Positions 1-13,896 of a stretch of 64,000 bases of DNA are shown here, piece by piece (within the stretch, counting starts at the first letter, position 1; every line of letters begins with the position of its first letter). The stretch is from Eledone cirrhosa. Lineage: Eukaryota. The translations under genes and the position numbers were made by a program. The notes under the pieces were generated by a model that made no database searches, was not told the origin of the DNA, and saw only the letters and a list, made by a program, of their open reading frames with translations. Location: positions 355,384,001-355,448,000 of the forward strand of contig OZ024740.1 of NCBI GenBank assembly GCA_964016885.1. Reading direction: 5' to 3'.

Positions 1-352
1 TTTATTGTTGTTCATGTTATTTTATTCATGTAATTTGTATGATGACTGTTACATAACAGTTATCATTGAAATACTTATAATAACAATTGTGTAACATATA
101 AATGAGGTAAATTCTAACCTACTGATTTCTACTTCATTGTTATACCAATATTCCAATGTACACAGACCTACATGTATACTTTGTCACGTGCTTTATCCTG
201 CATAAACTAGTGTCAGTTGATTAACTAACACAAAATATACCAAATATACCAAGTCTATTTGCAAGCAGGGAAAAGCAGACGTAAAATGATGATGATGATG
301 ATATATATATATATATATATATAATTCCATATATATATATATATATATATAT

Positions 353-441
353 AATTCCAGATACAAGTAGGAGTACATCAGGGTTCGGTCCTCAGCCCGC
401 TCTTGTTCATTATAGTCCTCCAAGCCATAACAGAGGAGTTT
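353..441 (+). mobile_element. ~90-bp RTE LINE reverse-transcriptase fragment embedded in (TA)n
   Basis: aattccagatacaagtaggagtacatcagggttcggtcctcagcccgctcttgttcattatagtcctccaagccataacagag matches 32136-32218 (encodes QVGVHQGSVLSPLLFIIVLQAITE). Confidence 0.85.
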
Positions 442-486
442 ATGTGTGCAATGTCAATGTGCATATATATATATATATATATATAT

Positions 487-1033
487 AATCAAGGTTTAGC
501 AAATAAGAAATTTCAAATTACGAACTGGCGTTATTCAAAATTGTTCCCGAGATGAGAATAAATGAAGTGGAAGTGATTCCTTCAAGTGCCGTGTGTAAAG
601 ATAGAAGCAAAGGCAGGGAGGTCAGTCTACTACCACTATAACTAGCAGCAGTCAGAACGACCAAATTTTTTTCTCGACCAAGAGGAGAATAATAATAAAG
701 TATATATCCCTACACGCACAAAGCGCTTAGGGACACATGTATTGTCCAACCATATGCCAATGTGGTTCAATGGCTAGTTAATAAATTAACGAGCCAGAAA
801 ATATATAATCAAGGTTTAGCAAATAAGAAAAAGTTTCAAAATAAATTTTTTTAAATTAACTTTACTCACTATGGTTACCTTTACCGAATCGGTTTCGAGT
901 CTCAAAAATAAATGGACAGTCCTTACGGCATCCATTGCAAAGATAAACTCTCATCAGAAGGATCTTTTCACTCGGAGAATATAAAATTCCCGAGTTCAAA
1001 TTACAAACTGACGTTATTCAAAATTGTTCCCGA
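487..1033 (-). mobile_element. Non-coding Penelope-like/retrozyme-like unit with terminal redundancy
   Basis: A 39-bp direct repeat at 512-550/995-1033 (period 483) and a 24-bp repeat at 487-510/807-830. Contains a hammerhead motif and begins at a (TA)n tract. Confidence 0.65.
878..961 (-). ncRNA. Type I hammerhead ribozyme, intact core, long stem II
   Basis: Minus strand reads ccuu CUGAUGA gaguu...aaugga..ccGUAAgg..uccauu...gacuc GAAA ccg auu cgg UA aagg. Stems I, II and III all pair; the cleavage triplet is GUA. Confidence 0.85.
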
Positions 1034-1035
1034 TA

Positions 1036-2538
1036 CTTAGGGTAAACATTGATGCAATTCAATTCAAGCACTCAACGTACTTATTCCACATAGGAGTGAT
1101 GGAGTAAATATTGAATAAGGAAAAGCGAAGTAGTTTCAGATGTTCAAGTCTTTTAATAATAATGCTGTGATATATATTTCAATGGCGACAGTGGCCAGAC
1201 TGTTCTGTGCGCCAGCTTCGCGACATCGTCAGACAGCTTGTTACATAATAAGGTTATGTTTTCGAGGCAATCCAAATTGAATCGACATGGGAACGGACGA
1301 AGTATGTGCCTTTGGGTTCTTCATCCGTTCCCCTGTGAGTACCAATTCACCCCAACCGGTCTGCGCAGGCACAAGTCCAGGGGGAAGTTGACCATTAGCT
1401 ACCGCAGATTTCATCGAAATTCGCTTAGTCAGTTCCCCCTCTCAGCCAGACAATGACCCATTCAAGCCTGCACCATAGTTTACTACTACTTACCCTGTCT
1501 GTGACAGTCAGCCGAAAGCCAGTGAGGATGGGAGAGTGTTAGTATTTACAGGTCTCTTTACTACCTCGCACTAAGCATGGACAGTATAAATGACCATCAA
1601 CCCCTAAGAGGATATATTTAATTCTATGTATCATAGTTTCATATTGGAAGTTATAAGTGAAATTAGAACTAAAAATTACAATTTAAAATCGAAAATCCTA
1701 AATCAAGTATCAGAAATTAGAAATTACAAAATTAACAATTAGAAATTAAACAATTAAAAATTTTTCACGTGAGAATCCGGATTGAGGTGAGTCAAAAAAT
1801 TATAGATTGAAGTGAGTAAATAATATGCAGAGAGTTGTTTAAGTAAGAAGTTCTGAAAGGGGTCCTAATGTTACAGTTACACTGTCTACATACGGAACGA
1901 TGGTGCCGTACAGTAGAACTGAGGGTAGTAGCTAATCGAGTACATAGTCATAATTTCCATCAGATGGAACAAAACCAACAAAAACATATATAAAGTACAC
2001 AAAAGAAAGGAACCAATGAATGAATAAATGAATGAATGAATGAATGCAAAAACACAGAGTACATATATGCAAAATGATCCATATTATTGTCAATTTGTCC
2101 ATGTATAGATTGAATTGAGGGGGCTTCTGTTCAAATGCGATTTAGTGCAGAAAAATAGGGTTTATCTTTGTTTTTGTTTCCGCGTATTTATCCTGCCGAA
2201 AGTTATTATTATGTCCGTCCAGTGTCAGGGGTTTCCATCCTATAGTAGAGGGAATTTCCAGGTGTAGCTCGTGGTTGGTTCCTCTCTTCTCCACCATATC
2301 GGTTACATCATAGAGCGCTCAACCAATTGGAGCTAAATTCTTAGGGTATACATTGATGCAATTCAATTCAAGCACTCAACGTACTTATTTCACATAGGAG
2401 CGACGGAGTAAATATCGAATAAGGAAAAGCGAAGTAGTTTCAGATGTTCAAGTCTTTTAATAATAATGCTGTGATATATATTTCAATGGCGAAAGTGGCC
2501 ACACTGTTCTGTGCGCCAGTTTCGCGACATGTAACAAG

Positions 2539-2540
<2 letters not shown>
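1036..2540. mobile_element. ~1.5-kb non-coding element bounded by ~190-bp direct repeats
   Basis: 1036-1226 is nearly identical to 2340-2530 (cttagggta...tcgcgacat). No convincing ORF; ends at (TA)n. Confidence 0.6.
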
Positions 2541-2594
<54 letters not shown>

Positions 2595-2908
2595 GGAGGC
2601 ACATGGCTTAGTGGTTAGAGCATCTCAGACCGGGTGATGTGTTGTTTCCTTGAGCAAGACACTTTATTTCACATTGCTCCAGTTTACTCAGCTGTAGAAA
2701 TGAGATGATAGGACTGGAGTCCCTATCATTCCACTGCAAAGTGGTCGTGGAGGTGCCATGGCAAAAAAAGCACCCACCACTCACTGTAAATGAGGTTGGT
2801 GTTAGGAAGGGCATCTAGCTGTAGAAATCAAGCCAGCATCAGTTCCCGTCCTACCCTTGCAAGCAGGGAAAAAGCAGACATAAAATGAAATGATGAAAAA
2901 TGAAATGA

Positions 2909-2912
<4 letters not shown>
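2595..2912 (+). mobile_element. tRNA-derived SINE with RTE-type (ATG)n tail
   Basis: A-box-like tggcttagtggttag head, gttaggaagggcatc motif and a gcaagcagggaaaaagcagac...atgatg tail shared with RTE 3' ends in this window. Confidence 0.75.
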
Positions 2913-4053
<1,141 letters not shown>

Positions 4054-4240
4054 TCATTAGTTAAGCAAAACAAGACCACAAATTTCACAAAGAAGACATT
4101 ATTAAAAGATTGTCAACATATTTTAGTTTGATGTAAGTAATGTAGAGAATAATAATAATAATATTAATAATAATAATGTCCGTTTACAATTGTTTCGCTA
4201 CTCCATATAATATTTCTGGATATATATATGGGGGGGGGGG

Positions 4241-4495
4241 GTGCAATTGGGAGAATTGTTAGAGCATCAGATAGAATGCTTTGTAGTATTCATTTCGCCT
4301 CTCTCCTCTCCTAGTTCAAATCCCGCTGAGGTCAACTTTGCCTTTCATCCATTCATGGTTGATAAACAAAAAGTACCAGTCAAATACTGGAGTCGATTCT
4401 TCCTCTATATCTCTTTCTCACACTCTCTTTATCCGTCTCTGGAAGAAATCTGTTGTATTCAGGCCTGGAGTGGGGATGGGCGCCACCAGGTTTAA
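4241..4495 (+). mobile_element. tRNA-derived SINE
   Basis: B-box-like gttcaaatccc followed by gaggtcaactttgcctttcatcc. A related copy lies in the opposite orientation at ~24755-25012. Confidence 0.7.
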
Positions 4496-4599
4496 AAAAT
4501 GCCCTAGAAACGTTTTATGTTAATATGGCGCCCCTATGACTCTCTCAGAAGTTATGAGTCCATACCATATATACATACGTATGTACATACATACATACA

Positions 4600-5100
4600 T
4601 GATGGCTGCCCCCTCGTTATTGAGTATGGCCATTGCACGATATACCATTATTAATAATTATTAATTAATTCTATCGTGCAATGCCTGTGCGTGAAGATAT
4701 TTTTTAAAGTGACCAAAGACTGTGCACTGAGCCAATCCCACTCTCTGAGCGACAGGGGTCTTTCACTCCCAGTGGTTTAACCATGTGAACGGGTGTCCAG
4801 CCCGACTATTTCTATGTCCCCGCGCATATACATACACATGCACCCATGTATATACACATATACATATACATACATATGTACATGTGTATATACATATTTA
4901 CACACTTTTGGATGGCCATTGACTCTTATGAGTTCTTCCGCCCTTTGTCAGGTTTTGTTTTTTGTCCTGCAGGGTGTCCAAAATCACCCTCCTCACCAAG
5001 TAAACTTGGTGGGATTGCTGGTTTAGTCACCGACGACCCGACCATGCGACAGGTTGTACTGGGTTACATGTTACCAGTAGCACTCAAGAGTGACCTGACA
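4600..5100. repeat. Interspersed repeat, unclassified
   Basis: Reverse-complement copy at ~14876-15320 and a more diverged relative at ~12960-13460. Confidence 0.7.
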
Positions 5101-5144
5101 TACATACATACATGTGTGTGTATGCATATATATATATATATATA

Positions 5145-5971
5145 TCATCATCATCATCATCATCAACGTTTAACATCCGTGTTCCACGCTTGCATGGGTT
5201 TGGACGGGGGTTTTCCCACTTGAGACAAGAGTGATTGTCTTGCTCGCATAGGACTGTCTGGCGGGTTTTCTACAGTTGGATGCCCTTCCTAACACCAACC
5301 ACATTTACAGTGTGGGTCTGGGAGGTTTTTACCGTGTTGCCTACACGGCCACATTACAGCGTGGACTGTGTGTTTTTTTGTCGTGACACCTACACGATCT
5401 CATTTGTTTCGGCCTGGATGGTGTGGCACCAACATAACTTTACATAGAAGGGGGCGGTGTGGATGGGGTGGGGGTGGTGGGACGGGGGTGTATTTTGTTA
5501 GAGATGCCTACTGACTGTAGTAGGTTTTACTTTGTATTTAGGTAAGGCGGGTCTTCTCTATTACTGAGTACCGCCAAAGGTCTCGGTCCAGTGACATTGT
5601 CTTGGTGAGGTGTAAGTGTGTGAGGTCGGAGTTTATCAGCTCGTCCCAGGTTTTTCTGGGTCTGCCTATTCCGTGGCTACCGTCTATCTTTATTGCCCTG
5701 CACTTTGTTATACAGCTATCGTCCTTCATGCGCATCACGTGACCATACCAACGTAGCCTTCTCTCTAGTAAACAACATCTGATCCCTCTTATTTCTAATT
5801 TTTTCCTTAGTTCGTTTATGCTTTGTCGTTCACGTATATTACTATTACACATCCAGCGGAGCATGCAAGCTCCGTTTCTCTCTAGTCTGCGTATATCCTC
5901 TGCACACAATGCCCAGGTCTCTCACTGCGATGCAACATTGCTGTTCGTATGCAGGCATCGTACAGCCTGCC

Positions 5972-5977
<6 letters not shown>
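5145..5977 (-). mobile_element. 5'-truncated RTE LINE (subfamily B) with long 3' UTR
   Basis: ORF ...RRLRWYGHVMRMKDD...GRPRKTW. Near-identical to ~49470-50305; (ATG)n tail. Confidence 0.9.
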
Positions 5978-6012
<35 letters not shown>

Positions 6013-6177
6013 ATATTGAGAAACACACAGATACATGCGGACACACACATATACATGAATATATCCACATCCATCCTTGAGTTAATGGTGCCAACCTTAA
6101 CCGATGTTGCTCTATGAATAACTGGGACAAACCAATCCGAATGGATTAGACTGAACCAGTATCAGAGCTAAAAGTAC

Positions 6178-6863
6178 ATTATGAAGAGAGAAGAAACATT
6201 TAGATATAATTAGTAATAAGATGTATCATACCTAAACTGCTTCTAGATTCCTCGACTACGTAGTTTCATGGCATAATCAAAAACAATACATCACAGAGAT
6301 ATAGAGCTTTTGCGAGGTCTGCCGACTTATCAAGAGGATACCTCATTTTACTAGCCTCAAGAACACGTCTATAAGATGTGAGATAGAATCCCAAAAGGCG
6401 GAGGGGGAGTCAGTCACGTGATACAACGGTCAAGAAACAGAGCTAAGCCCCTTATAACCCTGAAAAAAATACCACGGAGGCGGAGGGGGTATTTATATCG
6501 AGGCCGTAGAAGAGGTGGTTAAGGAGGCGAGACGTATGAGTAATGGCAGCTTTCCAGCAGTCACTACACTTCAAAGATTACAGGGTTATAAGGGGCTTAG
6601 CTCTGTTTCTTGACCATTGTATCACGTGACTGACTCCCCCTTCGCCTTTTGGGATTCTATCTCACATCTTATAGACGTGTTCTTGAGGCTAGTAAAATGA
6701 GGTATCCTCTTGATAAGTCGGCAGACCTCACAAAAGCTCTATATCTCTGTGATGTATTGTTTTTGATTATGCCACGAAACTACGTAGTCGAGGAATCTAG
6801 AAGCAGTTTAGGTATGATACATCTTATTACTAATTATATCTAAATGTTTCTTCTCTCTTCATA
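6178..6863. mobile_element. ~285-bp inverted repeat pair carrying variant hammerhead motifs (Penelope-like)
   Basis: 6178-6462 is the reverse complement of 6582-6863 with few mismatches. Spacer ~120 bp; ends at (TA)n. Confidence 0.8.
6705..6794 (+). ncRNA. Hammerhead-like motif with variant core UUGAUAA (inverted copy at 6249-6338)
   Basis: uccuc UUGAUAA gucggca...ugccac GAAA cuacguag UC gagga. Stem III is the palindrome ACUACGUAGU; the triplet is GUC. Confidence 0.65.
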
Positions 6864-7000
6864 ATATATATATATATATAGTAATAATAATAAATTTGAA
6901 GACTAAAATCCAAAGAGGGCTCGATAAGGATAAATATATATAAGATCCCGTTAAGGGTGAAAGCAGCGATTCTTTGCTTAAACTTTAATCTGTTATTTTA

Positions 7001-7036
<36 letters not shown>

Positions 7037-7234
7037 ATAAATTACCATGTGTATCCAGTTTAGATTAGATGCACCATATCTCTTCATGTCATAAGAAACA
7101 ATTAAAAGGGTTAGTGTCAGGATGATATTGATGATCAACAAGATAATGTTGATGATCACACTTCATAGATTATCTCTGTCTTTATGACACCACAATTATT
7201 TTCCCAAGATTTACATCTCTTTTCTTACCACTAG

Positions 7235-7452
7235 GAATTGCCATTATTTATTATGGTCACAGAAAGCTGGACAGATAAACGACTTGATCTAAAGAAGTTG
7301 CCTCAAAGTAAATCTTTATATCTAAGTGGACTTACAGGCTTGCTTTGGAGACCAAATTTAATCTTTGGCAATGTTGGAATCAAACAAGATGTTAAAATAT
7401 ATTCAAGGAAGCTCGTTCTCAAACCAAACAGTGAACTAACATTAACTTATCA
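7235..7452 (+). CDS. Cys-loop ligand-gated ion channel subunit, extracellular-domain exon (loops D/A/E)
   Basis: ctag|GAA...CA|gtaaga, 218 nt, phase 0 to 2. ELPLFIMVTESWTDKRL...LLWRPNLIFGN carries the WxDxRL and WxPxxxFxN family motifs. Confidence 0.9.
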
Positions 7453-7974
7453 GTAAGAATCGTTTTTTTATAATTTATTTTAAATAAATATTAGTAAATA
7501 ATGCAATGACAGATAAGAAAGGAATCTTGTCCTTGACAAGAAACCAGTCTATTTCAGGCAACATTACCAGGAGATCTGGTATATATTTCTTGACATGTAT
7601 ATGTTAGCTAAGAGACTTAGAATAATGTTTTCTGCTGAGGATCATAACAAAACAACAGTAAATAAGAAGTCATAACTTGTAGGTTGAGAATCTTATACCA
7701 TAACTTTTCAGCCATTTTATCTTTACATATTTTGTTTTCTATGTTGTGTGTATCTGGTTTAGAATAGATACACCATATCACTGCATGTTGTAAGAGGCAG
7801 CTAAAAGAGCTGACATCAGGAAGAATATTCAGCCCTAAAACATTGCATAAAAATGATCCCATGATGAATGTGAACCCTGCCATAGGGCCTGGAAGCCAAA
7901 AACCCTACCTTAGCAGAGGATAGGCTTGTAAAAAATCTTGTGTTTTGCATATTTTATTATCTGTGAAGTATCTA

Positions 7975-8485
7975 TTTCTTCTTCCCCCACTTATTCCTGG
8001 GAGGGTCATGGGGTAGGTCATCAAGCACACCTTCCAGAAGATCCTGTTAAAAGCAACCATTTCCAATTGACCTGACTGGATCTCCAAGTAAGACAACTGA
8101 GCTGTGGATGTTATCCAACCATCTTGCTCAGGTCTACCCCTGGGTTTCCTTGCCAGTTGGTTTTGCCCATAAAATCTGTCCAGTGATCCTTTCCTGGGAC
8201 ATTCTAACCACATGTTCATAATATTGGAGAAGTAACAGCTCTACCCGGAGTGAGACTCTGATCTCCAAGCTATGCACACTATCAAATAACATTACTTGAC
8301 AGACCCTTCGGAGGAACCTCATTTTGACGGCATGTATTAGCAATTCTATTTTTTTAGTCATTACACAAGATTCATAGCCATAAGTAAGGATTGGCATGAA
8401 CAGTGAATTGTAGATAGAGTTTGGCTTTTACACCTACCTCTCTTCTTCTAGTGATCAAATGTTGAAGCTGGCACATTACTGCACC
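7975..8485 (-). mobile_element. Degraded RTE-clade LINE 3' fragment (family C)
   Basis: MPILTYGYES...EHVVRMSQERITGQIL. Related pieces at 9760-10330 (+), 40020-41130 (-) and 50328-50500 (-). Confidence 0.75.
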
Positions 8486-8557
8486 AGATTTCAAAATAAC
8501 TTTCTATATACTAAGTATCCATGTATTTACATATTTACATATTTGTGTATATTTCAG

Positions 8558-8640
8558 AGTAACTTTTCCAGTTTCTTGCCAAAAACACCTCAAGATATTT
8601 CCTTTGGATGGGCAAATGTGTACTATTAAGATAAAAAGCT
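8558..8640 (+). CDS. Cys-loop channel, Cys-loop exon
   Basis: tttcag|A...T|gtaagt, 83 nt. VTFPVS-CQKHLKIFPLDGQMC-TIKIKS gives C-x13-C with FPxD. Not in the ORF track. Confidence 0.93.
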
Positions 8641-9119
8641 GTAAGTATGTGTATATACATATTTTTAAAAATAATGATGATAATAACGATGATGATGATG
8701 GTGGTGGTTGTGTTGGTAGTGGTGATGATGATGATAACATGTGTGTATGTGTGTAGGTAATTTTACTCACATATCAACCAAAGGCTGTAGTAGAAGACAC
8801 TTGCCCAAGGTGACACTGTGTGGGACTAAACCTGAAGCCATATGGTTGTGAAGCAAACTCCTTAATTACACACCCATAGTATTTTAATGACTTTGAAACT
8901 GATAGGAGGGAGGGAGAAAGATATTCTTAGACAGAAGTCCTAGTGAAAATGCTTGTAACAAGGTGGATTAGGCTGAAGTTACACATCAGACAGCAACTAT
9001 TAGAGAGGATTTAAGCCATGGTATTTACAAAGGGGTTAGTTAGTATTTCTAACAACACTTCACTGTTCATCCAGTGGATTTGAAATATTTAGAGCAGAGT
9101 TTAGAACCATATTGTTCTA

Positions 9120-10330
9120 GAAATGCTAGTACATCCTCAGTTTTTTCAGAGAGTTCTCTAAACTTGAATGCAATAATATATGCATATCTGGTCCTGACCT
9201 CCCCATCATCCAGTGCTTCCCACCTTATCTTGTAGATTCAGCTGAACCTGCCAATTTTGTGGGATTTCTTGGCTTTAGGTAGTCTCAGGCAGCAGATAAC
9301 TAGATGATGATCAGTTGACAGTTCAGCCCCTATCTTAACATGAACATCCATCACTGAATTAAAGAGAATCAATTATTGATTTCTGTCCCCAATTCCCCTT
9401 ATACCATGTGTATTCATGGATGTCTTTGTACTGGAAGGTGTTCATAATAGAGAGCCCAATACTAAAACAGAGGTCTAGCAAGGGCTCTCAATTTGTATTT
9501 AGATTGGGGTCACCATTCCTTCCAATCCTTCCTTTTCATTTCAAGTGGTCAGTGCCAACATGTGCATTGAAGTCTCCCATAAGGATATATGACACAGTAT
9601 TAACTAAATCTAATGCTGCAGTGACTTCTTCAAAGAAGTATTCCAACTAGACTTGTTCTAGGTGTTGTAGGAGTATGGTATCAGCGAACAGCTTCTTGTT
9701 GACTTAAAGTCCATATATAAATGCCTTAGTTTTTGTGTTTAAATAAATAATGGTAAGTCAGAACTATTCAATATGAGTATCAGACTTTGCCAAAGGTGCA
9801 TATTGTCACTTCTCCTGTTCATAGATTTTATGAACAGGATTGACACGTGCAGCTGAGTGGAAGTGGTATTAAAACTGACAAGTGTAGGATCAGTGGGTGG
9901 AATTTACAGACAACATGGTACTACTTAATTCATTGGAAGGTGATCTCCAACATGCACTGGATAGGTTTGCTGCTGAGTACTGCATGGTAAGAATGAAAAT
10001 CAGTGCTGAAAAGACAGAGGCACTTGTCCTTTCAAGAAAGCCTGTGCAGTACACTCTGCATGTGAATTACACTGAAGGAGGTAGAGAAGTTCAAGTATCT
10101 CAAGGCCTTTTTCATGAGTGATGTAATAAAAGAAGCTGAATTAAATGAAAAACTGTTGAAGGTAGTGCAGTAATGCACTAGATTCAGCACTGTCATCTTC
10201 AGGAGAGAGGTAGGTGTAAAAGCCAAACTCACTATCTTCAATACAATGGTCATGAATCTTGGGTAATGACTGAAAGAATATGATTGCAAATAAAAGTGAC
10301 CAAAATTGGGTTGCTCTTAAGGATCTTTGA
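9120..10330. mobile_element. Degraded RTE-clade LINE pieces: endonuclease (minus, ~9120-9650) and RT (plus, ~9760-10330)
   Basis: Minus-strand MGDFNAHVG and TDHHLV motifs; plus-strand FTDNMVLL...LQHALDRFAAE. Confidence 0.7.
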
Positions 10331-11727
10331 AATAATTATTTCTACTTTTGGCACAAGGTCAGCAATTACCCAGTACATTACTGGTACTTTATTTTATCGA
10401 CCCCTAAGATTGAAAGGAAAAGTTAACCTCAGTGGGATTTAAACTCAGACTGTAAAGGGGCGTAACTATACTGGAAAGCATGGCATCTGACCCTCTAGCT
10501 CAGAGATCAGGGAGTTGTTCCAGGTAGAACCACTGCTTCTTCAATTCGAGAGATGACTGCACCAATACTATGGATTTATGGTTATAATGTCTAAAGAAAG
10601 AACCATGGGCAGATATTAGAGGCAAATCTAGCTGGCAAGAGACCCAGAGGTAGTCCATAAGAAAGATAGTTAGATAATATCCATGAGCTCGATTGGTCTT
10701 GCTTGGAGTTCCAGCCAGATCATTTGGAGATGGTTGTTTCTGATAGGGTCTTCTGCTCTCACAGCCCTTCCAGAAATATGTGCACAAAGAAAGGATGCTA
10801 ATATTTAAATGTGTTACAAAATAAACTGATGAAAGACCGCCATATTTTATTAGATGAGTATTTCACATAATAAACAAGGCGAAAAAAATAAAATAATCAA
10901 AAAAAGGGGAAAGTGGAAGGGAGAAGCTTACTCTACACCTTTGACAAGATGGTGAAATCATTGCTACAGTGTATAGCCAACGATACCTACTGCATCAGGC
11001 ACTTCACTTTACAGGGCTCCTTTTTCATGCATGATCCACTTCTCCCAATTTTGCAGATGAAAACAGCAGTTTAAGGACAGAGCACAGGAAGTGTTGTTGC
11101 CGGCATATAGAAAAGGAAGCAGTCAGTCAAGTCTTGGTGTCTTTTGCTATCTTCTGCTCCTCTGTATCAGAGGCAGCTATGCCTGGGCTTGTGGCGGCTG
11201 AACTGACAAGTCATTTAGTACTGAAATTGAGAAACACATCTGTCCAGGTAGATGACAATAATAATAATAATAATGAAATTGTGTATAGTGCTCAGGTGCA
11301 CTACAACTCATCAAAGGTGAATGTATAGTTCATAGAATAATGTACAAATGTCAGGAAAGTGAACAGTATATGAGTTATGATATATACACATACATTCGTA
11401 CATGTGCATGGATTACCATTTTCCTCATCAGATCAGAACGAGAGTATCATGTGAGGTAAAATGGCTGATGTAGTGGGTACTGCTAGCTGTTCTCTGTAGC
11501 AATACTTTCACCATCCTGTTGGCTGAGCTCAGTTGAAATTGGTCATCCAACCAAGGGTGTAGTAACTCCCCCTCCTCATTGCTCATCCCTTTTTCATTTT
11601 TCACTTTTCTTTTCTTTTTCGGATTTTTTTTACTTTACTTCCTTTTGTCATTATAATATTATAAATGTATTTAAATAAATAAAAATTACTGTGAAATGTA
11701 AATAAAAATAAATTCCTGTCCACCCAG

Positions 11728-11865
11728 TTTATTATCCAGCTGAAGAAGTACAACTAAAATGGGAATCAAATACAGACTGGCAGAAATCCATGGATAAACT
11801 GGAAATTCCTCATTATGATTTGAAGAATATTATACTGTTGGAAAAAAATATCAGTCAACTTGGAC
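11728..11865 (+). CDS. Cys-loop channel, loop B/F/C exon
   Basis: cccag|TT...C|gtaagt, 138 nt, phase 1 to 1. (F)YYPAEEVQLKWESNTDWQKSMDKLEIPHYDLKNIILLEKNISQLG. Not in the ORF track. Confidence 0.88.
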
Positions 11866-11914
11866 GTAAGTTTTTTTTGTCTTCTTAGTTAGTACCATGA
11901 TAAAAAAAAACATC

Positions 11915-12165
11915 CAGCCGACTCTGTAGAGTGGTAATGCTGGTGCCACAAGAAAAACACTAACCTACTCTGTAAAGTGGTAGTGCTGGTGCCAATATAA
12001 AAAAACACCCAGCCCACCCTGTAAAGTGGTAGTGCTGGTGCCACAATAAGAAACACCCAGTCCACTCTGTAAAGTTGTTGGTGTTATGAAACCAAGCCAA
12101 AAATGGAATGTATGAGTAAGTTGTGGTCATCTGACTGGTCTAGCCTCAGAACATAGCAACCCATT
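11915..12165 (+). repeat. RTE/SINE-related ~48-bp subrepeats
   Basis: Several copies of ctctgtaaagtggtagtgctggtgccac..aaaaacacccagc. Reverse-complement relative of the 53-bp minisatellite unit. Confidence 0.65.
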
Positions 12166-13556
12166 TAACCAATGAAAGTATAGTAAATACACATTAATTG
12201 ATGGTGGTGGTGGTGATGGTGGGGACAGTAATGATGGTAATGATGATGTGGTGATGGTAATGATGATGATGGTATTGATGGTGGTAATGGTGATGGTGGT
12301 GATGGTGGTGATAATGATGAGGAGGGGGAAGAGGAGGAGGAGGGGATAGGGTGCGAGGATGGCCTTGTAGAAATCACGGAGGGCTTTAGTAAACTAAGTT
12401 TGTGGTCCAGGTTTAATTTATAGTTCTATCTAATACAATTAGTTCTGTAATGACAGTGTGGAAGATATGAATGTTATAATTCCCATTTCACCAGGACTTG
12501 AACTCCATAGGGCTGATCAACAGTCGAGAAATACCTGTAATGATGAAAGAATCAACATAGTGTATCTAGGACTACATTATCAAATGTGTTCATTACTTAA
12601 TGTGTTAGGTTGGCTCTTTGATCATATTACTGCTAAGATAGTTAAATATTGTCTTCTATTTTATCTAGGTTACATAATTACTACTTGAAGTTTATCTAGT
12701 GATAAAATAATGGGTAGAGTAGGAAGAAGATTAGAGTTCTATTTCTGCTGGCAACAAAGATTTTATGTCACCAAACAAAAGATAGATGATATGAGTGTGG
12801 TGTGTACACAAGAGAAGATATTACTACAATAATATATATATATATAGAAGGATAGGCTGGGAAAACCTGGATATCTGTAGCAAATAGAAAGCAAATAAAT
12901 GAATAAGGTTAATTATATTATTATTGTTATAAATACATATTTACATACATACATACCATGATGATGATGGCTACAACTCAATTTTGAGTAATGCCATCAC
13001 TTGACACTTAAGCATGAGCAACACAGACGTGGATTTTTAGTCCTGCTAGGGACTTGCCTATTGCAAAGAGTGTCACATATCAAGCAATGTCTGAGCTTGA
13101 AGTTTTTTTTAAGTGAGGAAAGGCTTTGCACGGGGCCAATCCCACTCTCTGAACATCGAATGCATTTGCCCAAAATGAAGAACTGGTCTACATCATAGGA
13201 TGCAAATGAAGTCACAGGTTTTATATCAGAGTGACCTTCTCCTAGAGAGATGTCTTAATGAAGACTAGGAGTTTATATGTCAAGTCGCTTTTCAGCGCTA
13301 CTGGTAACATGTAACCCAGTACAAACTGTGCTTGATCAGACTAAACCAGCAACCCACCAAGCTTGCTTGGCAAGGAAGGTGATTTGGGACACCCTGCAGG
13401 ATGAAAATCAAAACCTGTCAAAGTGCATTTGAACTCAGAAGAGTCAACAGCCATCCAATAAAGTATTTTGTTTGTGGAGCAAGAGATGTACATACATACA
13501 TACATACATACATACATACATACATACATACATACATACATACATACATACATACA

Positions 13557-13587
<31 letters not shown>

Positions 13588-13896
13588 CTCTGCTAAATCA
13601 CTGCTATCAATGGCAGTTAGCCTCTCTTTTAGCTTGGTTTCAATCTTAATGTTCCCCTTGGAATCAATTAGCAATATTGCATAGATATGAAGATACAACC
13701 AAGGCTCTTAATTGCCTGAACCTTGATCATCAGAATCATCTCCTCCTCCAATTTCAAAGTGGAATTCTTTGATCATATCTTGCATTAAGGACAGACTGGT
13801 GCACAGTCAACATTGCTGGAATAACACATCCAATTGTGCTAGAAGAGCTTTTGCTTCTTTGCTTGTTTCCACAGTGTCAGCAATGTCATCCATAAA

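Noticed and set aside
4061-4132. Possible upstream exon of the channel (gtaagt donor at 4133)
   Set aside because: No family motif and stops in the plausible frames. The signal-peptide and N-terminal exons were not found in the window.
11408-11440. Minus-strand CUGAUGA gga...ucc
   Set aside because: No GAAA or stem III follows; at best a truncated relic.
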